Source: Pseudomonadota bacterium
GTDB taxonomy: Bacteria; Pseudomonadota; Alphaproteobacteria; Rhizobiales; UBA4765
Reading direction: 5' to 3'
NCBI GenBank assembly: GCA_041694995.1
Contig: JBGFRS010000022.1
Span: 16,996-80,995 of the forward strand
DNA length: 64,000 nucleotides
The notes under the pieces are model-generated. The model saw only the letters and a list, made by a program, of their open reading frames with translations, had not been told where the DNA came from and made no database searches. Shown here piece by piece: positions 61,144 to 64,000 of this stretch. The position numbers were made by a program, and so were the translations under genes. Each line of letters starts with the position of its first letter. Position 1 is the first letter of the stretch.

Positions 61144-63060
61144 GTGCAAGCGATCAACCCACGTAAGGTTCTGATCATCATCCACGATGTGGTGATGACG
61201 GCGGCGGCTGTGCTCGTCAGCTTCTTCGTCCGCTTCGAAGAGCGGGGCCTCGCCGAGCGCTGGGACGATCTCCTCGTCTTCCTGCCGGTCTTCGTCGTCT
61301 ACGCAGCCATCGTCTATCACCTCTTCCACCTCTATCGCGCGAAGTGGCGCTTCGCGTCGCTGCCGGACCTGTTCAACATCTTTCGGGCCGTGACGGTTCT
61401 GACGTTCACACTGGTCGTCCTCGACTATGTGCTCGCGTCCTCTGCCTTCTACGGCGCGCTCCTGTTCGGCAAGATCACCATCGGCCTGTATTTCCTGCTG
61501 CAGATCGCCTTCCTGGGCGGACCGCGGCTTGCCTATCGCTACTACCGCTATTGGCGCACCCGCACGCACGCGCGGGCGCAGCACGCCGCCGCGGTCCTTC
61601 TGATCGGTCGCGCGACGGACGCAGACGTCTTCCTGCGCGCGATCGAAAGCGGCGCCGTGCAGAAGGTCTGGCCGGTCGGCATTCTGTCGGACGCGCCGTC
61701 CGACCGTGGCCAGTCCGTGCGCGGCGTGCCCGTGCTCGGCCGGCTGGCGCAGCTCGACAGCGTCCTCGCCGACAGTGGCGCGGGGCCGTCGCGGCCGGTC
61801 CGGCTCATCTGCCTCCCGTCCGCGTTCGAAAGCGAAGGCGCGCTCGACGGTGTGCTGACGCGCGCGCGGCAATTGGGGCTCGCGGTCAACCGGCTGCCGT
61901 CCCTGGACGGGCGCACGCTGGACGGCCACACGCTGCGCCTTGCGCCGGTCGACGTCGAAGACCTGATGCTGCGCCCCCGCGTCGACGTCGACCACGCCCG
62001 CTTGAAGGCTTTCGCCGCGGGCCGCGCGGCCATCGTCACCGGCGGCGGCGGCTCGATCGGGGCCGAGATCTGCGACCGTCTCGTGTCGTTCGGCGTGGCG
62101 CGCCTCCTGGTCCTTGACAACAGCGAGCCGGCCCTGCACGCCGTTCTGGAGCGTCTCGGTGCCGCGCGTGGCGATGTGGCCGTCACAGGCCGGATCGCCG
62201 ATGTGCGCGACCGGGAGCGCATCCACAAGCTGTTCTACGAGTTCGCTCCGGATCTCGTGTTTCATGCCGCCGCGCTCAAGCACGTGCCCATTCTCGAGAC
62301 CGATTGGCAGGAGGGGGTGAAGACGAACGTCTTCGGCTCGGTCAATGTCTGTGACGCCGCGATCGCGGCCGGCGCGGCGGTTCTGGTGGTGGTGTCGACC
62401 GACAAGGCCATCGAGCCGGTGTCGATCCTCGGCGCGACCAAGCGCCTCTCCGAGATCTATGCGCAAGCCCATGATCGCGAGGTCGCGGCGGCCAAGGGCG
62501 CCGGCCCGCGCACGCGCCTCATCTCTGTTCGCTTCGGCAATGTCCTCGCCTCGTCGGGCTCGGTCGTCCCGAAGTTCAAGGCGCAGATTGCCGCCGGCGG
62601 CCCGGTGACGGTGACGCATCCGGACATGGTGCGCTTCTTCATGACCGTCCGCGAGGCGTGCGACCTCGTCATCACCGCCGCTTCGCACGCCAGCGAGGGT
62701 ATCGTGCCGCCGGTGTCCGTCTACGTTTTGAACATGGGCCAGCCGGTCCGTATTCTTGATGTGGCTGAGCGCATGATCCGCCTGGCGGGGCTTGAGCCGG
62801 GCAAGGACATCGAGATCGCCTTCACCGGCGTGCGGCCCGGCGAGCGCCTGAACGAGATCCTGTTCTCCGCCGAGGAGTCGAGCCGGAACATCGGCGTGCC
62901 CGGCATCGTGGCGGCGTTGACGGGTGCGCCGAGCCTCGCCGTGGTCAGGGGCTGGCTCGCCGAACTTGAGAAAGCCGTCGCCAGCGATGACCGCGACCGT
63001 GCCGAGGCCTTGCTGCGCAGCGCGGTTCCGGGGTTCCGCGGTGACCGCGCCGCGGCGTGA
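61144..63060 (+). CDS. CapD/PglF/WbpM-family UDP-GlcNAc 4,6-dehydratase with N-terminal TMs
   Basis: TGGGGSIG, HAAALKHVP, STDKA, RFGNVLASSGSV and RPGERLNE motifs. Confidence 0.94.
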   Translation: MQAINPRKVLIIIHDVVMTAAAVLVSFFVRFEERGLAERWDDLLVFLPVFVVYAAIVYHLFHLYRAKWRFASLPDLFNIFRAVTVLTFTLVVLDYVLASSAFYGALLFGKITIGLYFLLQIAFLGGPRLAYRYYRYWRTRTHARAQHAAAVLLIGRATDADVFLRAIESGAVQKVWPVGILSDAPSDRGQSVRGVPVLGRLAQLDSVLADSGAGPSRPVRLICLPSAFESEGALDGVLTRARQLGLAVNRLPSLDGRTLDGHTLRLAPVDVEDLMLRPRVDVDHARLKAFAAGRAAIVTGGGGSIGAEICDRLVSFGVARLLVLDNSEPALHAVLERLGAARGDVAVTGRIADVRDRERIHKLFYEFAPDLVFHAAALKHVPILETDWQEGVKTNVFGSVNVCDAAIAAGAAVLVVVSTDKAIEPVSILGATKRLSEIYAQAHDREVAAAKGAGPRTRLISVRFGNVLASSGSVVPKFKAQIAAGGPVTVTHPDMVRFFMTVREACDLVITAASHASEGIVPPVSVYVLNMGQPVRILDVAERMIRLAGLEPGKDIEIAFTGVRPGERLNEILFSAEESSRNIGVPGIVAALTGAPSLAVVRGWLAELEKAVASDDRDRAEALLRSAVPGFRGDRAAA

Positions 63061-63074
63061 CTGACGGCGGGGAT

Positions 63075-64000
63075 ATGCGCGCCGCAACGGCTGGCCCGCC
63101 GCGGCCCAAGCTCATGTATCTGGTCACCGAGGACTGGTTCTTCGCCTCGCATTTTCTCGGCTTCGCGCGCGCGGCGGTCGCGGCGGGGTTTGAACCTGTG
63201 GTCGCGACGCGGGTGCGCGATCACCGCGCGGCGATCGAGGCGACGGGTGCCCGGGTCGTGCCCGTCGACGTCGAGCGCCGCTCGGTCGGCCTCGTCGCGG
63301 TTGCCGCAACCCTTGCGCGCTATCGCGCGGTCATTGCCGCCGAGCGACCCCGGATCGTGCATTGCATCGCCTTGAAGCCGGTGCTGCTCGGCGGACTCGT
63401 CGCCCGCATTCTGCGCGTCCCGGGGCTGCTGCTGGCGCCCACCGGGCTCGGCTATCTGTGGGTTGCCGCCGGGCCGGCCGCCGCGACGGTGCGGACGGCG
63501 ACCCGCTGGTTCGTCGCCGACGTGCTCGCGGGGTCCCGAACGCGCTTCCTGTTCGAGAACCGGGACGACGCCGTCGCCCTCGGGCAGGACCCGGTGGATG
63601 AGAGGCGCGTGACGGTCGTGATGGGCGCCGGCGTGGCGCCGGAGGCTTTTCCCGCCTCCCCGGACCCGGGCGGCGCGCCGATCCGGGTTGCCGTCGTCGC
63701 CCGCATGCTGCGCATGAAGGGGATCGCGGACGCCGTCGCGGCGGTGCGTTTGGCCCGGGGGGCCGGGTACGACGTGGTGCTCGACCTGTGGGGGGCGCCA
63801 GACCCCGGCAACCCTGACGCGATTTCCCCGGCCGAATTGCGCGCCTGGTCGCAGGAGCCGGGCATCGTCTGGCACGGGCGCACCGATGATCCGGCCGCCG
63901 TCTGGCAGCGCAGCCACATCGCGCTGCTGCTGTCGCATGGCGGGGAAGGGCTGCCCCGCGCGCTGGTCGAAGCCGCGGCTTCGGGGCGCCCGATCATCAC
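63075..64000 (+). CDS. Glycosyltransferase family 4; partial, runs off the window and is absent from the ORF track
   Basis: LMYLVTEDWFFASHF, HCIALKPV, ARMLRMKG and GGEGLPRALVEAAASGRP motifs. Confidence 0.9.
   Translation, partial: MRAATAGPPRPKLMYLVTEDWFFASHFLGFARAAVAAGFEPVVATRVRDHRAAIEATGARVVPVDVERRSVGLVAVAATLARYRAVIAAERPRIVHCIALKPVLLGGLVARILRVPGLLLAPTGLGYLWVAAGPAAATVRTATRWFVADVLAGSRTRFLFENRDDAVALGQDPVDERRVTVVMGAGVAPEAFPASPDPGGAPIRVAVVARMLRMKGIADAVAAVRLARGAGYDVVLDLWGAPDPGNPDAISPAELRAWSQEPGIVWHGRTDDPAAVWQRSHIALLLSHGGEGLPRALVEAAASGRPII

Overview
GC-rich alphaproteobacterial (Hyphomicrobiales/Rhizobiales-like) chromosomal window with no rRNA, tRNA or CRISPR seen. From left to right it contains: the 5' end of a chemotaxis operon (STAS-cheY-cheA'); infC with a probable AUU start; heptose/LPS genes (hldE, waaF, GT9, GT2); a housekeeping block (sppA-ihfB-lapA-OCD family-trpF-trpB-small YodC-like ORF-trpA-accD, then aroA-cmk-rpsA and murJ-trpS); the chvI-chvG-hprK-EIIA/pckA locus, apparently inverted away from its HPr/NPr gene; icd; an accessory patch with an IS630-like relic beside a three-gene cluster with PlsA/PlsR (Ger)-like anaerobic plasmalogen/ether-lipid synthase architecture; a periplasmic formate dehydrogenase locus with many uncharacterised accessory genes (HdrA/MvhD-like polyferredoxin, atypical biotin/lipoate ligase-like protein, DUFs, Cro-HTH::TorD fusion with candidate operators); mobB-moeA; and a nucleotide-sugar/polysaccharide cluster interrupted by mrp and a 41-aa membrane peptide. 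The strongest candidates for novel biology are the split PlsAR-like cluster and the Cro-TorD/FDH accessory system. All family calls come from motifs recognised by eye; no database search was run. Start codons were refined by hand where the ORF track over-extends.
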